Origin: Phoronis australis
Lineage: Eukaryota > Animalia > Phoronida
Direction: 5' to 3'
Assembly: GCA_002633005.1 (NCBI GenBank)
Contig: NMRA01000112.1
Span: 62,001 to 126,000 of the forward strand
DNA: 64,000 nucleotides
Below the pieces are notes generated by a model that saw only the letters and a list, made by a program, of their open reading frames with translations, ran no database searches and had not been told where the DNA came from. Numbering within the stretch: the stretch's first letter is position 1; each line of letters begins with the position of its first letter. Positions 1-13,500 of the stretch are shown here, piece after piece. The translations under genes were made by a program, and so were the position numbers.

Positions 1-320
1 GGTCTGTGTACGCAACCCAACCATCTTACTGCCCAGCAGCAGTTCACATGAATTGCGTAAGGCCTTGTACTAGTTTCTCATGTGAAAGGCTATAGATTTT
101 ATGTTACTGGTTTTGCAACAACGTGACGATATTATCCCACTTCCCGTGCTCAGTTGAGAAACTGGAAAGTTAGAACTTTTGTAGAAATGAGTTCCACTGC
201 CTAAATCAGTGGTCTCATGCAGATTTACTCGCATATTTCAAGTGGAACAACCTAGGCAAATTTTGTAGAAGGAATATCTGTAAATTGCACAAACCAACAA
301 ACAAATCTGTAACCGCAAAC

Positions 321-458
321 CTGGAGGTTCTGGTGTCTGATGTGTTGAAGTTTGACGGGATTCCGCACCACGGCAGTCACGCTGTGCCCCCTATCGAGAC
401 CTTGCTGAACCAGTTGGAGACCTGATGGTCCAGTGGCTCCCAAGACTACAACTTTCAT
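321..458 (-). CDS. First coding exon of a flavin reductase (NADPH)/biliverdin reductase B-like NAD(P)-binding protein; gene continues beyond the left edge
   Basis: MKVVVLGATGPSGLQLVQQGLDRGHSVTAVVRNPVKL carries the Rossmann GATGxxG motif and the GHxVTAxVRNP segment typical of the BLVRB/NAD_binding_10 family. The 46 codons end at a phase-0 CAG|GTTTGC donor. Confidence 0.85.
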
Positions 459-798
459 GCTGATGAATAGTCCCACGGGTTAATGAGGTGGACGACTGAA
501 CCCCCGTACGTGGCCAGACAGAGAACGATATGCATAAGTCCTGCGCCCCCAGAGAGCTTCGGTAAGCCTTTATGCAAACAACCGTGAGTTAAACCGATAA
601 ACACCGCTACAGGTAAACGCGACGGTGGTGTCCGTTTTCGAATACAGGGTGTCCCAAAACATTCCGAAAATTACTTCGAAATAACAGTTCCACGGACGAA
701 ATGGTTTTATTGTTCATTAATAGTGTTTTTTTCTCATTCTAGGAATGCCAAATTTATTTTGTAAAGCAGAACTCTAAGGGAACATGTCTCATAGGACT

Positions 799-1417
799 CT
801 TGACTTGTGTACCAGGAGTTGCTTCGTTTTGGCACCAAACGCAAGTAGATTTGCACGTCCTCTGCAGCTAGAGATTTTCAACATACCTGACACGCCAAGC
901 AGCAGATTAATAAACAACTTTAAGGTTTTTCGCGCAGCCGAAATTTGAAGAAAGGGTGTGTAGTTTAAGAAGTGTTCGTTTGTAGAGCGTGAACTGTAAG
1001 AGAGTTGTGGATGACTGAAAATGCATTCGTCACCTACACGCAATTCTGTCCAATGCAAAACACATTTAGTGGTTCTGAAATTGAAAAAAAAAACAAAACA
1101 TTTCGTGNCTTGACTTGTGTACCAGGAGTTGCTTCGTTTTGGCACCAAACGCAAGTAGATTTGCACGTCCTCTGCAGCTAGAGATTTTCAACATACCTGA
1201 CACGCCAAGCAGCAGATTAATAAACAACTTTACGGTTTTTCGCGCAGCCGAAATTTAAAGAAAGGGTGTGTAGTTTAAGAAGTGTTCGTTTGTAGAGCGT
1301 GAACTGTAAGAGAGTTGTGGATGACTGAAAATGCATTCGTCACCTACACGCAATTCTGTCCAATGCAAAACACATTTAGTGGTTCTGAAATTGAAAAAAA
1401 AAACAAAACATTTCGTG
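799..1417. other. 309-bp duplication either side of a single n (799-1107 / 1109-1417); probable assembly overlap of two haplotypes
   Basis: The copies differ at two positions that I can see and abut exactly at n1108. Confidence 0.85.
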
Positions 1418-2561
1418 GACTTCACTGCACCATACAGTAGACTATATGATTGCATAAGTATACAATGTAGATGAAAAGCGGAATCGCGCCGCTTTTCGAA
1501 CAAAATGGGATTAGAACCAAGGTCGCGTTTTGGCCCTGTTAGAAACAGTGTTTAATGTACGTTGACCCCAGATCTATTTTCGCTGCATGTTTTTGGGACA
1601 AAGAAAAAAAAGGTTATTATTTTCTGTACATATTGTACATATATCTGTCAATATTCATACCGTCTACTGCACTGTCTAAAGATGCTTTATAATGCGGGTT
1701 AGATAAATGCTATGTAGGACATTAGAGAAAAATATCCTAGGGTTAACTCCGGAACATCATATCTTATGTGAAACTTTCTTCAACATTATTCTCCAAATGA
1801 TGTTAGGAACTTTTCTAAATTGTCCACGGTTGCATGAGGGCCTGCCAAAATGGGATCTTTATGAAAAAAATGAAAAGTTATGTAAAACGAAAAGAAACTT
1901 AGAAAACTGTAACATCGTTTTTGTGAATATTTATGTCAAACGGAATTTGGTCATGTTATTGGCAACGTTATTTTGCTATGATTGTTCCTTTCTTGTTCCT
2001 TAAATGTTGCTAAAGCACGCTCACGTGACCCAGTCAACGAAATTCTAGTAAGTGAGCCAAAGATCAATTCTAAATATTTCTGGTATTCGAAGGTACATAC
2101 TTTTATTGAATTCTACATGTTCGACTGAAAGCACAGACTAGTCAATTAGGTCTTACATAACCGCAAAAAGCCTTTATCACAGAGAGGGGTGTTAAATTAA
2201 TTGCAACGAACAATTAAAGTTCTAAAACAGTATGTAATAGGATGTCAATTGGAGTTTCGATTTACACCAGGTGGGACTCATGAATGGATCATTTTAATCT
2301 CAAAGTAGAGTGATAACAGTAAGAGATTCTCCTGAATGAGGGGACTGAGGGGGCTACCTTCCTGGAATGAGGTCACCTGAACGCATGGGGTAGACAGTGG
2401 TTTCGCTGACACCACCTAAAGAATTTCGAGCTTTTCGTTATTTCAATGATTATCACATTGGGCCATTCCCAGTCGGCGACACTAAAGTCCCTTCTACACA
2501 CACAGATTTATGCTAGAAGAACTTGCACTAATGCAACTTATCCCACTTTAAAAGTAGCGTC

Positions 2562-2586
2562 CACACACACACACACACACACACAC
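2562..2586. repeat. (CA)n microsatellite
   Basis: About 12 CA units, read directly. Confidence 0.9.
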
Positions 2587-2826
2587 CAAAGCGGAAGTTG
2601 TTGCAGACCTTCGCAAAATGGTGGGAGTTCAAAGTGTTGACTCGTACGTATGTATGTAACTACACAAGCGCACAACTGATATTTCCGCCCTGCGCCAGGT
2701 TTCGGTCACACTGCAATTAAACTATCGCAAGCTCCGCCCTCTTGCGTAATGTCAACTAACAAACAACAAGTTTTACCCGGCAATGTGTTGTTTGTCGGGT
2801 AAAATGGCGGCATGGAAACGAAGGTG

Positions 2827-2901
2827 CTCGCTGGTTCCCTGCGTGCCGCTAGGTGGTCGGTAGTCAGCACGTGCTGGCTATGCACGTAGGGAACCAGCGA
2901 G
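2827..2901. mobile_element. 75-bp hairpin MITE with 20-bp TIRs and 9-bp target duplication (copy 1)
   Basis: TIR CTCGCTGGTTCCCT(G/A)CGTGC; flanks ACGAAGGTG (2818-2826) and GCGAAGGTG (2902-2910). Confidence 0.75.
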
Positions 2902-2944
2902 GCGAAGGTGTGTCAATAATGCTGCGTTCTAAACGGTCAGTTAA

Positions 2945-3315
2945 AGGCGAAGGCAACCTTTTTTCATGTCATTTTGTGCTAAAAAAAGGTTGGTTGGTTA
3001 TCCTAGACATATTTTCCACTTAATTACAGGTTTTCGTAATTTTGTTAATTACTCGTCCGTTACTCCGGAAGTGAAGTTTTAGGAGGCAAGCATTTCGCGA
3101 CAATTTCTTTTCATATAGTCTGACTGTGAGAGCTGCCGAGTCAGTCATTGTTCTACTTCGGTTGTGTTAAGTTACGTCGTCGTTTGCTTTCATTTACTAG
3201 TCAGTCAACATGCCGCACTGTTGCTGCGTACCGGGATGTACTAATTATCGTCTCATGCGCGCTTTGGGAGTACCTTAGCATCGCTTTCCGATGGATGACA
3301 CACNTACGGCGGATA
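2945..3315 (+). mobile_element. Left end of a TTAA-flanked, THAP-encoding (Kolobok-like) DNA transposon
   Basis: TTAA|AGGCGAAGGCAACC terminus shared with copies at 22667 (+) and 28067 (-). The ATG at 3210 gives MPHCCCVPGCTNYRLMRALGVP*HRFPMDD, a THAP CxxxC...FP start with an internal stop. Confidence 0.75.
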
Positions 3316-3496
3316 CACTTCTTGTGTGCCTGGCTGCTTCAAAAACTACAAGAGAGATAAAAATCTGAGTTTTTATGTGTTCCCTGCAAACCAAGAACTT
3401 CGTGAAAAATGGATAAACAACATTAGGAGACCTGGGAGTAAGGGGAGATTTAGCGCATTCAAACCAACGCGGGGCCATCTAGTAGGCAACACGTAG
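3308..3496 (+). pseudogene. Second, different THAP zinc-finger fragment
   Basis: GGYTSCVPGCFKNYKRDKNLSFYVFPANQELREKWINNIRR...KPTRGHLV has the CxxxC, F-x-F-P and R-x-x-W-I THAP signature; it is truncated just before the final C-x-x-H. Confidence 0.75.
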
Positions 3497-3727
3497 CCCC
3501 TCGGTTGGCCATATAGGGTCTACAATACTTCCATTCGCTTTCTGTACTCATTTCGTAACTTCAGTGTATTTTAAACGGGCCGTGACCGGATTTGGGTTAC
3601 CGATTTCGAGTTTTCACCTCGTCAAAAATACAGTCTACACTTAAACGGACTATCATTTAAAGAAACGCTTTCTTTCATCATTGGTCCTTTCTACTTCTAT
3701 ACATATCTTTGATGAAGCTTAGTTACA
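3481..3727 (-). repeat. Dispersed repeat homologous to about 29357-29590; possible transposon arm with an inward-facing THAP-like start
   Basis: Clear nucleotide similarity between the two sites; the minus strand reads MANRGATCCL here and ANRGTTCCLTEC at 29.36 kb. Confidence 0.6.
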
Positions 3728-4036
3728 AACGAGAGAGAGGACATGCTTGGTATTATAAAGCAAAAAATGAAACATGTTTTTAGTTTACAAATCACTCCAA
3801 ATGCATACATGTACACTATCCAGCCTGCTCAAGACATGCCTGACTACAAGCTATCCCATGAGCCTTCGAGCAGGAAGTAACTCGCACATGCGCAATGCGT
3901 AGTACGTTTGCGCTGCAAATCCGCTGTTGACCTATTGCAAGCTCCGCTCCCTTGCGTATTGTCGACTAACAAACAATAAGTTTTACCCGGCAACGCGTTG
4001 TTTGTCTGGTAAAATGGCGGCTTGGAAACGAAGGTG

Positions 4037-4111
4037 CTCACTGGTTCCCTGCGTGCCGCTAGATGGTCGGTAGTCAGCACTTGCTGGCTATGCACGTAGG
4101 GAACCAGCGAG
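4037..4111. mobile_element. 75-bp hairpin MITE with 9-bp target duplication (copy 2)
   Basis: Same TIRs; perfect ACGAAGGTG on both sides (4028-4036, 4112-4120). Confidence 0.75.
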
Positions 4112-4506
4112 ACGAAGGTGTGTCAATAATGCTGCGTTCTAAATGGACAGTTAAGCCGTCACTCAAAATCCTGGCGATAGGTCAATTAGAGGTGATGAAA
4201 GTAACTCTAGAACAAGTCATCCCGACCTCGATAAGGTGGAGTAAGTTGTCATAAGTGGGACGTGCAGACATCCCCAAAACCTAGCGACAACTCGTTCCAG
4301 GAAACTTGTTCTAGGGTAATTCTGTGTGTGAACTACTCTCGGAGTATATTTACAATACAACACGACACACGTTGAAATACACTAGAGGAAAATACATCCA
4401 TCTAACACTACACGTGCAAGGTGTAATGCTAAAACTACAGCTTCGCTAAGAAACGGAAAATTACGAGTTCAACATTTACGTCTATGCGCGGCTCCAGTGC
4501 ATTGTT

Positions 4507-7500
4507 TTAGTGAACAGCAGCAGCCGTATTTGCGCTTTCTGGCGGCCCTGCTCCTCTCAGCTTACATGTCCTCAAGTTCTTGTATAAACGGGTGATATTT
4601 CGTTTGAACAGTGTCGCTTGGCTCACTATGTTAGAAATATCTAACAATACGATGCCTGTAAGGACAGATATGATCACCAAAATGGCAACGCCGCCAATTC
4701 CAGCGGCTGCAAAGGCCTCTGCCGGTTGATGTCGAGCAGGTGGAATCACGGAAGACACGTTCGTTGGCGTTTTGAAAGATGAACTATTTTCTGGTTTGAA
4801 TGACTGCGACGACTTAAGTAGGGTCCGGCAGGCTGACAAAGTTTCTTTAGGTTGAGCTGCTAATAGTTCGTCTAACAGAGCGTAGTCACGATTACCAGTG
4901 TCGGCTGCGACTGCATGGAATTTCTCACCTGAATTGATCAAAGAACAAGTGTCAGTAAAAACGATAGATAAACGATAGATCAGCCAATTACACCTTACCA
5001 CCACCAGCACAAAATTTGTTGTATGTCTCTACGTTTACTGCAAAACGTATTCCCTTCTTTGATGACAAGGGGTTTTCAAATACTTTATTCAGTAAATAAT
5101 TGCTCTGTCACTGGATGCACAAATCCCGGTGATCACAAACAAAGATCTTTAAAGAAATGGATGGTTGCTGTAAAGGGCGAGCAACACGGCATCCATGGTC
5201 TTCTTTCAACACCCAGGTAGTACTGAAACAGGTGACCCGTCCAACTGGAGAAAAAGATCCAGAAATTGCAAAGAATTAAAAATCACAAATATTTGACATA
5301 CTAGAAATTTTTGGCACTTGCCCTTCTGGTTGTCCAACATTAGCTTCGGTTGCAAATTCGAAAACTGGGAGCCTATAAACGGAAATGCATCATAAAATAG
5401 GCAATTGTATGTGTTTTGCTTAATTGCAATTGTATTCTTAAAGATGGCGGAATGGTTAAAAACGGGCATCTAAAACACTTGAGGGACCCTATCAATTAAG
5501 AGTAATTCTGGCAATGAAAATAGGCCCATGAGACCTGGTCTGAGTTATGTGGACCCAAGGCAATCCCGAGAAAACTGGTGTGATCACGTGTTTCGTTTGT
5601 AATGTGTGGGAATATCTCGCGAATACTTGCAGGTAATAGTCGGATAAAACGCGCCTGCCTTTTTGAGAGCTAGTTCTCCCCACTGAATAACGGGCACCAA
5701 ACTGGTTTTCAAAAGTGAGCACGTTATATCCGACTATTGCCGACTTGCATGATCTTGTGTTTTTGCAAGTTTCTTGCGTCTACGGAAAGCAGGCATGGTT
5801 ACGAATTTCTGGGTAGTAACAGTTCCAATGTCCACCGGAAAAATGTCTTGCCATCTTCACCAAAATTTGTTACTGTGGTTACGTAGTTCACATTGTGAGC
5901 AATGACAATATTTTACCGGATTAACTCAAATCTCTTAAACTAATTACTGACATATCTATTTCCGTAGATTTTAGTTGTTAACAAAGTATTATGCGAAAAT
6001 TGTTTTCGTGACACCCGCTACAAACAATAGTACAACAATTAAGAACAATATGTAATATTCTAAATCCAATATTTCCAGTTTTTTACTTTCAAATATGTAT
6101 TTGCCTTCGGCAACACACAAGCGGCGACTGCCTACCTGTAGGGAAAACGCCACTCGACGCCTGCCCTTGACATAGAAATTCGTTGCAAGGTGAAGACTCA
6201 GTACGAGGTCCTTGGCAGTATGTTCCGTTGTTTCTAGGGGGCGGGTCTCTGCAGGACTCCGCCTTACGAGTTCTCACGCCACCAGCACAAGAAGAGGAAC
6301 ATGAAGACCAGCTGGACCACGCCCATTTACCATTGACTGAAAGGGAAATACATGAATATCAAAAAATTAGTCTTCTGGCAATGCACCTGACGTACAGGAA
6401 TTAGATGCGCAAATTATATTGAAACTTCTGGAAATGTCCACTAAAAAATTCTCCCGACGTTGCAGAGTTGCCTGGCTTTTACTGACTGGAAATTGGATAG
6501 CTACGACAAACGCTGTTCCGCCAAGTCCACCATACCGTTACGGCTGCCAAATTCCACAAGCGCGTAAAAAACATGATGGAATCCCTATCACTCGAATTAC
6601 AACAACAGATTCTTCTTGGCGTGTTATTGATGATACTTCATTGAAACTGTTACTGTACACAGAGTCACATAGTCTAAAAGGACCCGTTCACAAAGTGGAG
6701 TTTCAACGATCAGTCACTATATTAAGCTATTTACATTAATTGAACTTCACTAAAATGTCAGACCGATTCAAACAGCTTGATACTATATTTGCGTATTACA
6801 TTTTCGACTCCGTGACATGATTAGAAGCAATTGAAACTGGTGGCCATCATAAGACAACTGACCATGGAAAGCTGTCTTTATACGATTAGACAGCGTAAAG
6901 CCATGTTGGTAATTCCTGGTGGTCTGGTATTAGGAATAAGAATACAGGAGTCCAGGGTCACGACCAAGTCATGTTTCACATGCCAAGAATTGTACGACGA
7001 TACTTGGCTTACCTCAAAATCCAACTGCTGCTTAGTGGTACGGTAATTGGGCCAATTATGTTACACAGCCAGCAGAATTAATGAGGAAAATACTATGGCA
7101 ACACTAAAACAATATTTTAGGCTGTAAATGTCCAATTTTCAAAATCCAAAAATCTAATCACGTGTGCTTTTTATGACCTATTCAAATATGCTATGAACAA
7201 ACTTTGAAAACGAAAATTTAAAAATACATCTGTCGCCCCTAATGTGTTTATGATGGTCTCATTATCTAGAGAACGATAACGTTAGCAGCCTGTGGCGATT
7301 TAGTTAATTACAACAACATGGTATCTTTGATCTGAACCGGGAAATCCCGTGTTGCGCAAACCGGTCGAGTTGCGCAAACCGGTCGAGTTGCGCAAACCGG
7401 TCGAGTTGCGCAAACCGGTCGGGTTGCGCAAACCGGTCGTGTTGCGCAAACCGGTCGAGTTGCGCAAACCGGTCGAGTTGCGCAAACCGGTCGAGTTGCG

Positions 7501-10500
7501 CAAACCGGTCGAGTTGCGCAAACCGGTCGTGTTGCGCAAACCGGTCGTGTTGCGCAAACCGGTCGAGTTGCGCAAATCGGTCGTGTTGCGCAATCTTGAA
7601 CGGTTAGGGTGTCAACGAAGGCCGATTCTTTTTATGCTGTACGTCACGTGTTCAACATATTTGATTATTAGTCAAATTCGCTTCAGATACTAGTAAACGA
7701 AAGAAAATATTTTCAGTACGTAATAAGGCGAATTTATTTCACTTTGGGCTTATTTGCTCTTACGTATATTCCTCGGTTTCAACATCTTTTTATATCCCCA
7801 GCGCCCGTGAGTTGTTGACCAAGGGCATCGACCGAGGGCGACGAAATTTTAACGTGAATCGGTCACTGTGTATGTAGTTCTGAAATGTCGTTGTAAATCC
7901 TAAACTAAATCGTTCTAGAAAGCCCGCTATAATTTCCCCCCAACGGCACAAATTGCAGTGAGCTTTTCCAGAAGGATTTGATTTATAATTTACGCATCAA
8001 GTACATTATCTAGAACTAATGTCTATGATCTAACATACAGTAACTCTCGTTCATCATGTCTCTGGAAATTAGACCATTAGACCCAATGCTGTCATCAGCA
8101 GCTTATTACAATTTATGCTATGTGCGCTTCTCAAACCGCTGTTTGGGATTGTTTTAAAATGATCAACGTTTGCATGCAGTGTTATCAGTACATACATGGC
8201 ATTTATGGAAAAAAGTTGCATAAAACGAAAAGGAAACAGTAATTTAGAGTTATCTTTTTAAGATTTAATCTTGAATATTCATATCAAATGTCATGTTATT
8301 GATAGTGTTATTTTCCCATTAATGCACTTTCATTTTTGCTTACGACGTGGTGACGTCCCCTCATCAATGGCATACAGTCGGGAATTAAATTAAAGAGAGC
8401 GTTTTAGCTTTCGAAAATAAAAACTTTGAGATAAATTCTGTAGCTTTGGAGATATTTGTCCAATAGTACGGACATTCACATGCATGTTAAAGCACCGGTC
8501 TCACTGATTCGTGGCATTTAATTGACATTAGAAAAACATTCTCACAATTGTCTTGCTGATTTATTATCGCAGTTACTCGTATAACCATTTGACAAATCAC
8601 TCGACCTCTCGGCGTTTACCCCGTCAGACCTCTTGGGGTTGTTTTATCAATTTGTCTATACATCGCACTTCACTTGAGAAACACGGGCGGTGTGGCACGC
8701 CGGTCAGTATTAGTTAATGACGTGAACTTGTCTCTCTATGGCTATGCTTCAATTCCCAAGTGGGCATTGCATTGTCTCCCGGAAGAGGTTCAGTTTACAT
8801 AGTTTATACGTGGAAAGCTTTTATGCGGTAGTTTGAGATAGAAAAGTTTTAATCCAAAATAGGGCACAAATGAATGCAAGAAAATATATAACACATGGTA
8901 GAATTCCAGAGTCTGTTCGGTTTGAAGACAATGGGACACTTTTTATTTACGGATTAAGCAAACGATTTTCAATGGAACGCTGGACTCCTGATACAAATTA
9001 AAACCTTTTAAAGTTCATTTATGATAAAAACGAAAATCGAAACTAAGCGACAAAAGCGTAATTAGTCTCACCAGTCAGAAAAAACTCTATGGATATCCTA
9101 CTTGCGTCCAACAAACACACACGTTTCCTGTCATCACACTGCTCAATTCGAGTGGTACCCGTCACGTCATTGTGTATTCTTAACTGCAATGTATGTAGAA
9201 TATAAAAACGCGATAACATGGGCAAGTTTTCATTTATTTTTTAAGAGGCATGAACAGTGAAAAACAAACCAAATCGCATTATACAGAGTGTTTCTCTGTC
9301 ACTGAAACAGAATTCAACCTGCTCACTAGGTATTTTTACGGTATGTTCATAAAGGTTTTGAATTTCTGTTGATGTCAAAGCATTTTTCTTTTATTTTCAA
9401 ATTTCGAAAAACGATCTGTCAAATGCTCGTCACTTCATCAATTTTTCTTCCTAAAGGCAAAGCACGTCTCCTTGCCTGGTATGGCAAGGCATAGGCGTAA
9501 CATATTACCCTTATATGGAAAATGTGATCTTTGGCCTTTGATGTAAACAAAACAATGGCGGCTTAAGCAGCAGCCTGTACTATTAAAACGCAACTGATAT
9601 AAGTCTTAACTGTTTCAGTTATAAAGATATCGTAGTATAGTACTCAACTATATTCTAAAACGCGCTTGGCATTATTTTTGGAAATTGCATGCTTCACTGG
9701 CTTGCCTCATACTGTGCTGTCGACCTCAGATTGGGAGTCCGATCGCACATGACAATCTGCCGTTATATCCATCTCGTCAGTCAGCTATTTGTCGGATGAC
9801 TTTGAGCGCATGCGCGCATTTATCTAAGCGGTAGGGAGATTAGAAACACTGTGGTACATGCAACTACAGAGATTTCCTTAGTGCGTATTTCAGAAATCGT
9901 GAATTTTGTGATTTTTCTGAACTGAACACCCTCACAGGGGAAAGCGCCAATAACTCTGTAGTAGACGTTGCGAGATGATACTTTCGCCAGGAATTGTTTA
10001 AAATATATTTTTAACGAGCTCTCGCGGTCCATGCCTCTTTAATCTAGACTCATCAATATTAAGTACAGGACGACTTGACTGACCTAACAAAGTTGCGCAA
10101 GCGCAGCAACGAGACTGAAAAAATATATTTTTTACAATTTTGTGAACAGGTCATCCAGAAATCAGAACTTTCTCGCAATGTGGATGAAAGCAGAAGCAGC
10201 AGCTTCCCGGCCCCTTGCACAAATTGCAGATCTTTTAAGTTCACTGAATTGGTCCAACCTAGTAGTCCCACAGCGCATGCGTCAAAGCCGTGTCACAAAA
10301 ACCGTCTGTTTTCGGATTTGTTACACGATGTGTTGGTTTGATGATGTTAGAATTGATGTTGTAATTAAGTTATTATTCAGGACCGGGCCAACAATCGACC
10401 AGTGGCCGGACAGCAGATAATTTGCAGATCTAAGGCGTCGGAAGGGGAACAACCGCGATTTTCAAAGGAAAAATGTCCGTGTAAGCATTGAAAACGGCAT

Positions 10501-13500
10501 GCAGAGTTTTTACTTTTTGATCGTGTCCTTGTCCCCTCCTAAATCTGCCTATGCAAATACCTTTGCTGCAGCAACTCAGAAGAGGTGGCGGGGTGATTCC
10601 TAATGGATTCGCACCAATCTAGTGCACCACTTAACCACAGAGTAATAATCTGCGATTATCCAAGATCGAACAATTGTGGTATATGCCTGAATATTCATGG
10701 ACTTCGAACAGCTATGTAATTTCCACTTGATGTTATTAAAGGCAAGATTTTGTCAATATTTTCCAGAAAATGCTAATTTCGTTAATAGGGAAATTGCGTG
10801 TTCCTTTCCTCCTGCGGCCGACCGGTCAGGATTAAAAGGATACTAAGCCCTGTTTTGATGATTTCAACCAATCCTCGTAGCTGTCACCTGCTAATGCATC
10901 ATTGGCCTCAATCTTGAAAAATAAAATGAGAAATCAACTAAAAACTCAAATCCTCAATTTCATTAATTAGACATTATGGTCCTTGGTCTTTTCCCAAAGT
11001 TGCCGCGTAATTCGCTTAAAGCGTAGGTCACGCTTGCTCGTTTAGCAGACTTTGAAAGGAGTTTTCAAATTTTCTCCAAACTTTTGAGGGTTGTCGACGG
11101 TTACAGGGTATTATTATTTTCAGAAAACTGAACGGGAAAGTCGTTTTTAGTATTTGATAATAGGCCAAAACCAAGTTTGGCATCCTTTTAAATTTCCCAC
11201 CATTTTGAATCGTAGCGGACAGTGACTGCATAACCTCCTAATTTACAAAACCTTTCTTTCAACTAAATAGCCAGCAGGGAAGTTCATGTTTTATAAGAAA
11301 CTCTCTGAATGCCTCGTGGATGTATCAGTTGCTTGAACACATTGTCTATGGGTTTCGTTGGTAAATTCATGGCAGTGAGTTGCTTGATGATTTATATACA
11401 GTTTACTATATCATTAAATAAGGAGATAAATATAAATATCCAGCTATTAATCTATTTTATTGCAAATTTCTGTTACTAAGAAATTTGCATTAGCACTCGA
11501 TTTGCTATGTGTGTAAAGCTTTGCTATTTAAGTGACTAGGCTACGTTTAATACTACTTTTCTTACCGTTTCAAAAAACGTCATGCCTCTTCACCTTAAAT
11601 AATACGCATGCGTACCATTTCAATAAATATCGACTGTTTTGGACGAAAAAACAAGCTATTTATAAATTGCGCGATACTTGGCTAAATACACATAGTTACC
11701 ATTTGTAAATATCAAGAATTTGTAATAAACTTACGAAGGGTGACCCATATTTTTTCCCTATACATGTCTACACCAAAAATGAATGCGGCAATTCTTTTGA
11801 GAGGAGAAACTCTGGAAGGCCCTTTCCTGACGGAAATCTAGACAGTAGGTTTTGAAGTCAAAACGGTGGACTTACGTTTCATTTTGATAACAAATGTCAC
11901 TTGCGCTGGTGTGTTTCGAATACAGTTGAAAAACAAATCTAAAGAATTCTGAGAAACAGAAGACTGATTTTCAGTTTCTATTACAAGGAGGTCACATGAA
12001 ATGCGAATTCAGTGTTGTAAAATCACAAATCAAGCCCCATTTTAATTCACCCTGGTAGACCTCCAACAAGTCCCCTGGGATTCCCTAGACTTCAATAGAC
12101 CCTAAGGTTTCACATACCCACAGAGGTTTCCAATCGACCCCTGGACGTCGAGCACCGCAGTTGTATATTAGCCTCACCTCTGATATTTTAATCTTGTCCT
12201 TTTGGCTCTCATTTTCTACCGTCACGTGATGAATCACACCATAGTCCTTCTTGATCAGAAAAGTTGGCATGCTGCAGAGAACGATAAAAAGTATACACAC
12301 GTACATGTAGTTTGTGTAGTAAATACCAAAAGAACCTTCATCTCGAAGAGATTATTGTTACGCTTAAGCGATACTTAATCTTGAGTGTTTAGCAATTTGT
12401 CCAGTCTACTTTGTAAGGGCCTGCTCATTTTGATTACATCATGGGATAGAACTAACATTCTACCCATAAAATGTCGTCTGCCAATGGCAAACATTGCGAG
12501 CTGCAAAGTATACAATGTCCGCCTGAGTTTTTCAAGAGACAACCCCAGATACACCGGTGTCATTTTCAGAATTTTATGCAGATTTTCAGCTTTTGGGAAA
12601 TATCAGTAAATTTCCATGAAAAACAGAAGTAGTTAACTGCGCTCAATCAAACCCAGAGGCGCGCAAAAATGATCGGTGATTTTTAAGCATCGCTTGTTCT
12701 GGGTTTTAAACCTTTCTTACGAACCCTTGCTTTTGTTCCTTTGTGCAGCGTTTCAGCTAACAAGAGACCTTCGCTTTTTTAAAAATGATGCCGGTAGCCG
12801 TTTTTTTTTTAGTTGGTGAGCGCAGGTAGAGACCAGAACCAACTGTGTTTTTGACCTAATAAGACTTATCTGCATTCTGATTTGGGGGCGGATGTTAAAA
12901 CAGCCGATCAAACGGCTGACGCGCGTTCACATGGCGGATCGGAAGTGTTAACTCTCTATGAAATCTCTTATAAATACTCATTGCTTTATCATTCCAGTTC
13001 GATGTAGCTGAAACAATTTCCACTTACAGGCCAGCTCGTATGTTTCAGGTACAACTAGAAGGGTAAAAATCATGTAAAAACATGCCGGAATATACACCCT
13101 GTGACTTACCATCAGAAGTTCCCGGTATTTAAGACTGTCTCAAACACTACTTTTGCTGCAGCCAAGCCGTAATGGTCTGATATACGAGCTTGGCGTACAG
13201 AATGCAAAAATAGACAAACAATTACCTCGCCTTGTTCACTCTCCCAGAAAGCATCTTCACTTTTTTGCTATGTCCTTTATGTCCGGCGAGGCGAAGAAAA
13301 ATTTTCTTGTCGGAAATCCTTGCATGGAGACCACTAGGATGATCAGTTACTATGGTAACTTTGTACCCCCCTAGAAATTAGTAAATATAGCCGTTTACTT
13401 TACAAACGTGTTACGTGATTACATGACCAACTGACCCGTGAATTGTTGAATTATGAAAATGCCAATCAAAGTCTCACAAAAACAATCGCACATATTGACA

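Larger units (their letters stand above)
2722..4154 (+). repeat. Pair of 223-bp direct repeats (2722-2944 and 3932-4154), each ending in TTAA
   Basis: Gapless alignment at offset 1210, roughly 93% identical by manual count. Confidence 0.9.

Noticed and set aside
789-1503. Duplicated ORFs suggesting a tandem gene or LTR pair
   Set aside because: Near-identical copies meet exactly at a single n, which indicates an assembly overlap; the peptides have no recognisable motif.
7300-7693. ORFs with (RNSTGL)n and (LRKPVE)n repeats; superficial CRISPR-like regularity
   Set aside because: They are translations of an 18-bp intronic minisatellite; there are no unique spacers, no cas genes and no fit to the host gene's splice structure.
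11876-11948. Phase 0-to-1 candidate exon (NSLDLFFNCIRNTPAQVTFVIKMK) for paralog A
   Set aside because: The exon at 9183-9072 has the same phases and is clearly homologous to paralog B exon 4, whereas this one is not; a mutually exclusive use cannot be supported without transcripts.
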